This document shows, one piece after another, positions 7,941-14,759 of a stretch of DNA of 25,136 bases. Where the stretch lies: IMG/VR virus record IMGVR_UViG_3300031694_000042, positions 1-25,136 of that record, one strand, 5' to 3'. This DNA is from a virus. Its lineage: Duplodnaviria > Caudoviricetes. The notes beneath the pieces were generated by a model. That model made no database searches, was not told the DNA's origin, and worked only from the letters and a program-made list of their open reading frames with translations. The number at the start of each line of letters is the position of its first letter. Position 1 is the stretch's first letter. A program made the translations under genes and the position numbers.

Positions 7941-8660
7941 ATGAAATTACTTGATACTAACGGCGGCAATACTAAATTGTCTAAGAATAATAAAGACATT
8001 AAAATCAGGGTTGCGGGCTTGTCTCTATTCCCTAACGATACTATTTGCACAATGCGCCATATCGCAGAGTGCGCTAAGCCCTGTCTAAAGGCGTCAGGTC
8101 GTGGGGTATTCGATAACGTAGAGCAAGCGAGGCAAGCTAAAACAGACTTCTATATGAATGATCGGCCCGCGTTTATCGCTCAGTTGATTAAAGAAATAGT
8201 ATTGTTTGAACGTCTATGTATTAAACAGGGCGTAGAGTGTTATATTCGCTTGAATGTTATTAGTGATATACGATGGGAATTAGCACAAAACGGCTCAATA
8301 CCGCAGCTATTCCCCGATGTTAACTTTTATGACTATACAAAGATTGCCAAGCGGTTAACCAGTTTACCTGATAACTATCAATTGATGTTTAGCTATAGCC
8401 GCGCAGCGGGATACCAGAAGCAAGTTGATATGGCCCTAAAAACTAGCGTCCCTATGTCGGTAGTATTCTATGGGCCTATGCCTGATACGTTCATGGGTAA
8501 AAAGGTTATCAATGGCGATGGCTCAGATATTGAGAATCTAGCATATACTAATTGTATTATTGGATTAAAATATAAAACTGCTAAAGGGCAAGGCGTAGAT
8601 CCTGCAGATAGCATATTTATAATTAATACTAACTTGATTGAATTAAAAGAGGTAGCATAA
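7941..8660 (+). CDS. Gp88-like phage protein
   Basis: NTKLSK, C-x7-C-x3-C (ICTMRHIAECAKPC), SGRG, RLNVISDI.W, FYDYTK, FSYS and NGDGSD motifs recalled from the phage GP88 family; AGGA RBS. Confidence 0.75.
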   Translation: MKLLDTNGGNTKLSKNNKDIKIRVAGLSLFPNDTICTMRHIAECAKPCLKASGRGVFDNVEQARQAKTDFYMNDRPAFIAQLIKEIVLFERLCIKQGVECYIRLNVISDIRWELAQNGSIPQLFPDVNFYDYTKIAKRLTSLPDNYQLMFSYSRAAGYQKQVDMALKTSVPMSVVFYGPMPDTFMGKKVINGDGSDIENLAYTNCIIGLKYKTAKGQGVDPADSIFIINTNLIELKEVA

Positions 8661-8661
8661 G

Positions 8662-8778
8662 ATGGATAACCAACAGATTATAGAGCTATACGATCAAAAC
8701 CCTAATATGCTTCTGAGCCAATTGGCGGCTATTACGGGTAAGTCTATCAAACAATTAAAAGCTATATTAATGGGGTAA
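8662..8778 (+). CDS. 38-aa putative HTH protein (not in ORF track)
   Basis: MDNQQIIELYDQNPNMLLSQLAAITGKSIKQLKAILMG; GAGGT RBS; helix-turn-helix-like LSQLAAITGKS.KQL pattern. Confidence 0.65.
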   Translation: MDNQQIIELYDQNPNMLLSQLAAITGKSIKQLKAILMG

Positions 8779-8781
8779 TGT

Positions 8782-9069
8782 ATGGATAACTTAGAAAGGT
8801 TAGCGGTTAAAAGGGACGCGGCACTAATGGCGTATACTGCAGTAATTAAGGCCAACAGACTAACGGGCCATATTGATATGGGCGCATTAGTAAGCGCAAG
8901 TAATGCGAGCACAAGCGCCCATATGGCGTGGTCTAACGCCTACGATTTGGAGCTAGGCAGTCGATACGATTTAGAAGAATGCAGTGCCTGTTGTGGCGCT
9001 GGAATATTAGAAGAGGGTATATGTGCAGAGTGTTTCGAGCACTGCGATATCCATAACGATGATGATTAA
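8782..9069 (+). CDS. Hypothetical protein with C-terminal Cys-rich (Zn-binding) motif
   Basis: CSACCGA...GICAECFEHC. Confidence 0.7.
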   Translation: MDNLERLAVKRDAALMAYTAVIKANRLTGHIDMGALVSASNASTSAHMAWSNAYDLELGSRYDLEECSACCGAGILEEGICAECFEHCDIHNDDD

Positions 9070-9083
9070 AGGAACTACTAACA

Positions 9084-9269
9084 ATGAATATTAAAGATAC
9101 AATTAAAACAGCAAGGCGCGTGTTGCGCTTAGGTAACGCGATAGAGTATGAAACAATAATGATACAAGCCCTGCGCCTGTTAACGTCTAACGACGATATA
9201 GAGGCCATGATTAAGGCCGGTAAACAGGACGGGTACAGTTTTAGGCAGTATGGTCTTAGAACTAAATAG
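9084..9269 (+). CDS. Hypothetical protein
   Basis: AAGGA RBS; colinear with neighbours. Confidence 0.7.
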   Translation: MNIKDTIKTARRVLRLGNAIEYETIMIQALRLLTSNDDIEAMIKAGKQDGYSFRQYGLRTK

Positions 9270-9287
9270 AATAAGGAGTAAACTAAA

Positions 9288-9491
9288 ATGAATATAGAAG
9301 CATATGAACAGTTAACCGGTGCCCTAGTGGTAGATAATAAAGGTGATGTCTACATTAAGGTACAATCTAGCGACAGTGTAGGGCAGTGGTACGGCCTAGA
9401 ACCAGTGTCTAGCGACTTGAGGTGGATAGGTTCCGAAGTAGATCAGGCGGCCTTAGACGTCGCCCTAGAAACGTACAAAGGAGGTGTATAG
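9288..9491 (+). CDS. Hypothetical protein
   Basis: TAAGGAG RBS. Confidence 0.75.
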   Translation: MNIEAYEQLTGALVVDNKGDVYIKVQSSDSVGQWYGLEPVSSDLRWIGSEVDQAALDVALETYKGGV

Positions 9492-9493
9492 TT

Positions 9494-9664
9494 ATGTTAC
9501 ATAATTTAAGAGATTATAAGGTAGGTGGTGTGGTTAGATTGCAATATGGTTTGCAGCCTTATGGTATCATCGCAAGCATTAATCAAGATAATGGGCAATG
9601 TCTAGTCAAGATGGCTGCAGGGCCAAGAGTATATAAATTCACTAGCCTACAGGTGCTATTATGA
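9494..9664 (+). CDS. Hypothetical small beta-rich (SH3/KOW-like) protein; start revised from 9422
   Basis: AGGAGGT RBS before ATG 9494; MLHNLRDYKVGGVVRL...YGIIASI...CLVK pattern. Confidence 0.65.
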   Translation: MLHNLRDYKVGGVVRLQYGLQPYGIIASINQDNGQCLVKMAAGPRVYKFTSLQVLL

Positions 9665-9828
9665 GTGTTATAAGAGAGACAAGAATGGTAGAAGTAGAAT
9701 CGGCCTATCTAGAATCGATAGAGAGGGATAGTTATTTCCTACAGTGTCTGGATGCCTGCGGTGCTCCTTTTACTGACGTATGGGCAGAAGCTCAAGAGAT
9801 GTTTAACTTTGAATTAGATGAGGGTTAA
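9661..9828 (+). CDS. 55-aa acidic hypothetical protein (not in ORF track)
   Basis: MSVIRETRMVEVESAYLESIERDSYFLQCLDACGAPFTDVWAEAQEMFNFELDEG; ATGA overlap with upstream gene. Confidence 0.65.
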   Translation: MSVIRETRMVEVESAYLESIERDSYFLQCLDACGAPFTDVWAEAQEMFNFELDEG

Positions 9829-9832
9829 AGCG

Positions 9833-10084
9833 ATGGATAACAAGAGTAAGGTAAACTTTAGTTGGTTAGATGAATTTAAGGATAATGATGATTATAAAGA
9901 GGAGGACAGGCTAAGCGATATCGTAAAGAAGGCTAATATGTTTAAAGCTAATGTATTGACTAACAAGAAGGCTAACAGGTACAAGCTAATTAAGAAGGCC
10001 TGCGAGAAGCTAAAAGCTCACAAGCAGATTGAACTTAGGCGTACATTAGAAGATAAACAAAGAGTGGGGTTAGATTATGCGTAA
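9833..10084 (+). CDS. Hypothetical protein (start revised from 9818)
   Basis: GAGG RBS before ATG 9833; acidic N-terminus and basic C-terminus. Confidence 0.65.
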   Translation: MDNKSKVNFSWLDEFKDNDDYKEEDRLSDIVKKANMFKANVLTNKKANRYKLIKKACEKLKAHKQIELRRTLEDKQRVGLDYA

Positions 10085-10184
10085 GTGGTTAGAGGGTATA
10101 GACTGGGATTATGTATTGCTCATAATGGTAGGTATAGTGTTATGGGTGAGTTTAATATTAGGAGTATTTGTAGATGGCTATTAA
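10077..10184 (+). CDS. 35-aa single-pass membrane protein (not in ORF track)
   Basis: MRKWLEGIDWDYVLLIMVGIVLWVSLILGVFVDGY; fills the gap and overlaps both neighbours. Confidence 0.6.
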   Translation: MRKWLEGIDWDYVLLIMVGIVLWVSLILGVFVDGY

Positions 10185-10368
10185 AGTAAAGAGTATATTA
10201 AAGGATAGGGAGTTTAAGAGGGCTATTAAGCCTTCTGACGCCTTTTCATTCTACTGGTATATAACGGGGTTACTACATTCTAAAGGCTTCTCAGAAGGCG
10301 ATTCTGAAGCTCTGAGGAGGTATCGTAGTATTGGGCACGATGTGAGGTTAAAACGAGGAGGGCATTAA
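10174..10368 (+). CDS. Hypothetical basic protein
   Basis: AGGAG RBS. Confidence 0.7.
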   Translation: MAIKVKSILKDREFKRAIKPSDAFSFYWYITGLLHSKGFSEGDSEALRRYRSIGHDVRLKRGGH

Positions 10369-10369
10369 C

Positions 10370-10714
10370 ATGAATAAGCGTAGGAAGTTAGAAGTACAAT
10401 TAGAACAAGAAACAGGTGATCTAGTAATCTTCTATAAGAGTGATGATGCAGCAGAGTTATTCCTATTAGATGAACAAGATAGGGATGAATTACAAGACAC
10501 ACTCCAGTATCTTAGATGGGATGAACAAAAGCAAAATAAAGGGGGTAGACTGTCATTATTTGAGTTACAGCAGGATCAAGAGTACTGGAAGGCTAAGTTT
10601 GAGTTAACCCATAGGAAGGATATGTTAGACTACATTAACTTCCACACTGCCGATAGTGCAAGGGAAGCGGCAATACTGTCTAATTTAGACCTAGATGATT
10701 TATTAATGAGGTAG
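10370..10714 (+). CDS. Hypothetical protein
   Basis: AGGAGG RBS; 114 aa. Confidence 0.75.
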   Translation: MNKRRKLEVQLEQETGDLVIFYKSDDAAELFLLDEQDRDELQDTLQYLRWDEQKQNKGGRLSLFELQQDQEYWKAKFELTHRKDMLDYINFHTADSAREAAILSNLDLDDLLMR

Positions 10715-10730
10715 AGGTAGAGGTAAGATT

Positions 10731-10919
10731 ATGAGATGTAAATCGTGTGATAGACTATTAGAAGTAGAGATAGACAACACTAGTTTATGTGGTGCTTGTT
10801 TAACTGTATCTATGGATACTTCACTAACTACTAATTTAGAAGAACAAGAGGAGACCCTAAACGAGCAATTAGAGTTTATTACAGACATAACAGAAGAGGA
10901 CTATATACTATTGGAGTGA
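10731..10919 (+). CDS. Small Zn-finger protein with acidic tail
   Basis: CKSC...CGAC followed by an E/D-rich C-terminus; GAGGT RBS. Confidence 0.7.
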   Translation: MRCKSCDRLLEVEIDNTSLCGACLTVSMDTSLTTNLEEQEETLNEQLEFITDITEEDYILLE

Positions 10920-10923
10920 TATG

Positions 10924-10932
10924 TGCTAAACT
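10924..10932 (+). promoter_or_regulatory. Putative extended -10 promoter for replication operon
   Basis: TG-C-TAAACT at the start of the 244-nt intergenic region; no recognisable -35. Confidence 0.5.
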
Positions 10933-10963
10933 CACTTAAGTTTCTTAGGCACTTAGGAACATC

Positions 10964-10996
10964 CTTTAGAGTTAACATTAAGATTAACACTTAAAG
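10964..10996 (+). repeat. 33-bp element, copy 2
   Basis: CTTTAGAGTTAACATTAAGATTAACACTTAAAG, the exact inverted copy of 6533-6565. Confidence 0.95.
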
Positions 10997-11163
10997 GTTA
11001 AGACTAAAGAGCACTAAGCGGCCATAGCTGTAACTCTTATTTGAGTTAGTCTGAAATTAAGGTTGTCTTAGATTGATGTCTGAGTTACACTAATACACAT
11101 AGGGTAAACAATAAGGTTTGTTCCTATAAGCGTACTAAAGCGAATACAAAAGGATAATTAATT

Positions 11164-11568
11164 ATGAGTCTATCAGTTTCTGAAGGTTATGTTGCATTCT
11201 GTCACGTTCTAACAGAAGACCAATATCAAGGTCAAGATGTAGGATATAACGTAACTATCTGTATGGATAAAGGGGAAGCTTGTCAGCTATCTAATATGGG
11301 TGTTAATGTAAAAGACTACAAAGGTGTAGGCCAACGTAAGTTTAAGTCTGGATATAGTATCGATGTCTTAGATGATAATGGTCAGCCTCTAATGTTGAAG
11401 GAAGAATTACCCCGAGGTGCTAAGATCAAAGTACAGTGGAAACAAGGTAATGTACACCCTCAGCATGGTCTAGGTACTTACGCCAACCGTATCAAGGTAT
11501 TAGATATGGGTGATGGTGGTATTCCGTTAGACTTTGAAGGTAGCGAAGAGGACTCCACAGACTTCTAA
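11164..11568 (+). CDS. ssb: Single-stranded DNA-binding protein (T7 gp2.5-like)
   Basis: OB-fold-like pattern (LPRGAKIKV), acidic tail ending in Phe (EGSEEDSTDF); first gene of the replication module. Confidence 0.75.
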   Translation: MSLSVSEGYVAFCHVLTEDQYQGQDVGYNVTICMDKGEACQLSNMGVNVKDYKGVGQRKFKSGYSIDVLDDNGQPLMLKEELPRGAKIKVQWKQGNVHPQHGLGTYANRIKVLDMGDGGIPLDFEGSEEDSTDF

Positions 11569-11592
11569 CTACCTTATGTAAGGTATAAGTAA

Positions 11593-11628
11593 ACTTCCTG
11601 AGCACTGAAGTAAAACTGCTCTTTTTTT
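11593..11628 (+). terminator. H-type pseudoknot / terminator-like element after ssb
   Basis: ACTTC(11593) pairs with GAAGT(11607) and GAGCA(11600) pairs with TGCTC(11617); followed by T7. Confidence 0.6.
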
Positions 11629-11649
11629 ATGCCTAAAGGAAAAGTTAAT

Positions 11650-12138
11650 ATGTGTACTATACTAGAATTAAAGCCTACGGATGCTCAGGTAATAAAGGCA
11701 CAGATGATGTCTGATGAAATGGGTATCTTAAAGAATTCAATCACTAAAGGTAAGGGTAATGTCATAGGTTTCTTAGGTGAGATTGTCCTCTCAGACCACT
11801 TTAAGTGGCCACAGGCTAATACCTACGACTATGATCTAATCACTGCAGAAGGTAAGACAGTGGATGTTAAGTCTAAACAATGTAGGTCTATACCTCAGCC
11901 TCATTATGAGTGCTCTATCTCATCTTACAACACAAAGCAACAGTGTGACTATTATGCCTTCACCCGTATTAAGAGTGACTACTCAGTTTTATGGTTTGCC
12001 GGACTAATGCCTAAAGAGTTATACTTTACACAAGCTACAAAGAAACACAAAGGGGAAGTAGATCCCTCTAACGGTTTTACGTTTAAGAGTGATTGCTTTA
12101 ACTTACCACTATCAGCACTACAGGAATACAACGAATGA
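11650..12138 (+). CDS. PD-(D/E)XK restriction-endonuclease-like protein (start revised from 11629)
   Basis: GFLGE...YDYD...VDVKSK catalytic-type pattern; AAGGA RBS before ATG 11650. Confidence 0.65.
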   Translation: MCTILELKPTDAQVIKAQMMSDEMGILKNSITKGKGNVIGFLGEIVLSDHFKWPQANTYDYDLITAEGKTVDVKSKQCRSIPQPHYECSISSYNTKQQCDYYAFTRIKSDYSVLWFAGLMPKELYFTQATKKHKGEVDPSNGFTFKSDCFNLPLSALQEYNE

Positions 12139-12395
12139 TTACATTATTTACAGGGGATACATGCGTAGCTTGTAAGGCCCTCAAAGGACGCCTAGAAGGG
12201 ATGGGGCTTACAGGCTACCAAGAGGCTAACGTGTCTAATATGACACATAAGAACACTGTTATAGATCTAGGGTTTAGAGGTATTCCATTGTTGGTACGGT
12301 ACAACCACGAAGGTGAGGTAGCGGATACCCTATTAGGTAATACAGCAAGCGACTCGGCATATCATGATTTCTTTATCCAGTCATATGGGGAGTAA
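12135..12395 (+). CDS. Glutaredoxin/NrdH-like thioredoxin-fold protein
   Basis: ITLFTGDTCVAC (CxxC) and GFRGIP cis-Pro motif. Confidence 0.8.
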   Translation: MITLFTGDTCVACKALKGRLEGMGLTGYQEANVSNMTHKNTVIDLGFRGIPLLVRYNHEGEVADTLLGNTASDSAYHDFFIQSYGE

Positions 12396-12397
12396 CT

Positions 12398-12583
12398 ATG
12401 AGTAATAAAGCAGAAGCACGTTACAAAGCAAAAGAAGTAGCTAGGTTGACTAAAGAGTATAATACCTACATCGAAGGGTCTAAGATGAAAGAACCTTTTG
12501 GGGCTTATAACCTAGCCAAAGCTACCCTTATTTCAGCCATGTTAGTTAAGTTAGAGGGGACACTCAGTGAGTATCATATTTAA
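12398..12583 (+). CDS. Hypothetical protein
   Basis: GGAG RBS; 61 aa. Confidence 0.65.
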   Translation: MSNKAEARYKAKEVARLTKEYNTYIEGSKMKEPFGAYNLAKATLISAMLVKLEGTLSEYHI

Positions 12584-12911
12584 ACCTAAGATCCCTGAAC
12601 GCTTTCAAGGGGAAGTACAGAAAAAGAAAGTAGTAATTAAGCCACCTGAGCCACCTAAGAAGGTTATTAGGAACTCGTGGATCTCAGACACAGTAGCTGT
12701 AAAGGTAAAGAAGCGTAAGTCCCCAGATTGGACACCTAGAGACCTGAACCTACTAGTAGACTTAAGAGCAATGAATGTCCCTATCTATGATTGTAGTAGG
12801 ATACTGAGACGCGCTGAGTCATCCGTTAGGGCCTGTATACACGTTTATGATCTATATGCAGGGATAAAGCACCAGAAGTTAGTAAACATAGAGAGGTTAT
12901 TAAATGATTAA
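12567..12911 (+). CDS. Putative HTH (Myb/GcrA-N-like) DNA-binding protein
   Basis: DWTPRDLNLLVDLRAMNVPIYDCSRILRRAESSVR resembles the WT..E...L..L...G.S...IA..LGR...AV pattern; GTG start with GAGG RBS. Confidence 0.6.
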   Translation: MSIIFKPKIPERFQGEVQKKKVVIKPPEPPKKVIRNSWISDTVAVKVKKRKSPDWTPRDLNLLVDLRAMNVPIYDCSRILRRAESSVRACIHVYDLYAGIKHQKLVNIERLLND

Positions 12912-13131
12912 TGTAGCACTAACGGAAGAAACAGTAGATGGTATAGTCATCACAGAGTTGAAGTCTTTTTATAGTGTCTTAGATGAAGTATCTGATGACT
13001 GGTACTCTAAAGAAGAGGACAAGCAGAAAGACAGGCTCTGTCAATATGCTATCATTAATGTATTATCACACTACCTAACAAGCGAGGAACATAAGAAATG
13101 GCTTCTTACACTAGAGAGAACGCAGAAGTAG
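12904..13131 (+). CDS. Hypothetical protein
   Basis: GAGGT RBS; overlaps neighbours. Confidence 0.65.
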   Translation: MINVALTEETVDGIVITELKSFYSVLDEVSDDWYSKEEDKQKDRLCQYAIINVLSHYLTSEEHKKWLLTLERTQK

Positions 13132-14759
13132 AGAGTAGAGGGCCTTGCCCACGATGTAACTCTAAAGATAACTTAGTTAAGTATAAAGATGGTCACTCTA
13201 GCTGTTACTCAGTAGGATGCAATCACTTCGTAAACAGTAATACTAACACGACTACAGCGGAACATAGGACAATGACCCCATCCCAAGTAAAGAAACCAAC
13301 AGTAGACTTAGAGAAGGGCACTAGAGGAGCTATTCCAGACCGTAAGATCTCTGCAGACATTGCAGCTAAGTATGGTGTAACGATTGAGTATGATGCTAAA
13401 GGTCAGATCACTAAACATTACTATCCTTTCTTCAATAATGATACAAAGGTAGCACTTAAGACCAGAGTAGTTAAAGACAAGCAATTCTATTGCAGTGGAG
13501 ATCTAGGTTCCGCAGGTCTATTTGGTCAGCACCTCTTTGAAGGCAGCAACAGTCGGTTCATTACAGTCACTGAAGGCGAGTTAGATTGTCTAGCAGTGTC
13601 AGAGATGTTTCACGGTAAGTGGCCTGTAGTAAGCCTAAAGAATGGCTCAGGCTCGGCTGTAAAGGGCATTAAGGAATCGCTTGAGTTCTTGGAGGGGTTC
13701 GAGTCTGTCATCCTATGTATGGATCAAGATCAGGCAGGTGAGGAGGCAGTAAAGAATGTAGTAGATCTGTTTAGCCCTAATAAGGTTAAGGTTATGTCTA
13801 TGCCTCTTAAGGATGCCTGTGAGATGCTTAAGGCTGGTAAGGTTAAGGAGTTCACCCAGCAGTGGTGGTCTGCTCGCCCTCACCGTCCTGTAGGCGTTAT
13901 CTCTCTATCAGATCCAGACAACTGGGATGTATTCATTAAGCGAGGTACTGAGGAGGTGACTCCTTTTCCCCATGCCTTCGGTACGCTTAATGCCATGATG
14001 AACGGAGGTATCGCTGCAGGAGAGGTGACAGTCGTAGGAGCTCTAACGTCAGTAGGTAAGAGTACAGTAGTCTATAACTTAGTCTATGGTATGTTGATGG
14101 AATCTAATAAACGTATTGGTTGTATCTTCTTAGAGTCCGATAGAGGTGAAACGATAGAGAAGCTCTTGTCTGTACACATAGGCAATAACATATCTAACAT
14201 CCCTCAACCTGACCGAGACTACGATATGCTCCACAAGAAGTATTTGGAGTTAGCAGACACGGATAAGTTACACGTACTAGATCACTTAGGCAGTACAGAC
14301 GCAGATGAACTCTTCAGTAAGATGCGCTACATGGTTAAGGGTTTAGACTGTGATGTACTTGTACTAGACCCCCTACAGGCTGCTGTGACCTCTAACGATA
14401 ATGGTATTATTGATGAGTTCATGGATAGATGTTTGAAGTTATCTAAAGAGACTGGCGTCAGTATCATCATTATTTCTCACATGCGTAAACCTTCAGGTAA
14501 GGAAGCACATGATGTGAATGAGTATGATATGAAAGGTTCAGGATCTATCAACCAGATAGCATTCAATACTATCCTACTTAGCCGTGATAAGATGTCAGAA
14601 GATGAGTATGCCCGTAACTGTACTAAGATACAGCTCGTTAAGTGTAGACGTACAGGTAATACAGGTACTGCAGGGTGGTTATATTATAATCAATCTACGA
14701 GTCGCCTAGAGGCTGGGCTAGAGCCTATTATAAAGGAGACAGAAGGGTATGACTTCTAG
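13098..14759 (+). CDS. DNA primase-helicase (T7 gp4-like)
   Basis: Zn finger CPRC...CYSVGC; TOPRIM TEGELD, DQDQAG, KDACE; DnaB-like Walker A GALTSVGKST, ISHMRK, KGSGSINQ, KCRRTG. Confidence 0.95.
   Translation: MASYTRENAEVESRGPCPRCNSKDNLVKYKDGHSSCYSVGCNHFVNSNTNTTTAEHRTMTPSQVKKPTVDLEKGTRGAIPDRKISADIAAKYGVTIEYDAKGQITKHYYPFFNNDTKVALKTRVVKDKQFYCSGDLGSAGLFGQHLFEGSNSRFITVTEGELDCLAVSEMFHGKWPVVSLKNGSGSAVKGIKESLEFLEGFESVILCMDQDQAGEEAVKNVVDLFSPNKVKVMSMPLKDACEMLKAGKVKEFTQQWWSARPHRPVGVISLSDPDNWDVFIKRGTEEVTPFPHAFGTLNAMMNGGIAAGEVTVVGALTSVGKSTVVYNLVYGMLMESNKRIGCIFLESDRGETIEKLLSVHIGNNISNIPQPDRDYDMLHKKYLELADTDKLHVLDHLGSTDADELFSKMRYMVKGLDCDVLVLDPLQAAVTSNDNGIIDEFMDRCLKLSKETGVSIIIISHMRKPSGKEAHDVNEYDMKGSGSINQIAFNTILLSRDKMSEDEYARNCTKIQLVKCRRTGNTGTAGWLYYNQSTSRLEAGLEPIIKETEGYDF

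Noticed and set aside
6533-10996. Invertible segment bounded by the 33-bp inverted repeats
   Set aside because: No site-specific recombinase is seen, and the genome ends probably lie inside the segment. It is not excluded for concatemers; read orientation would test it.
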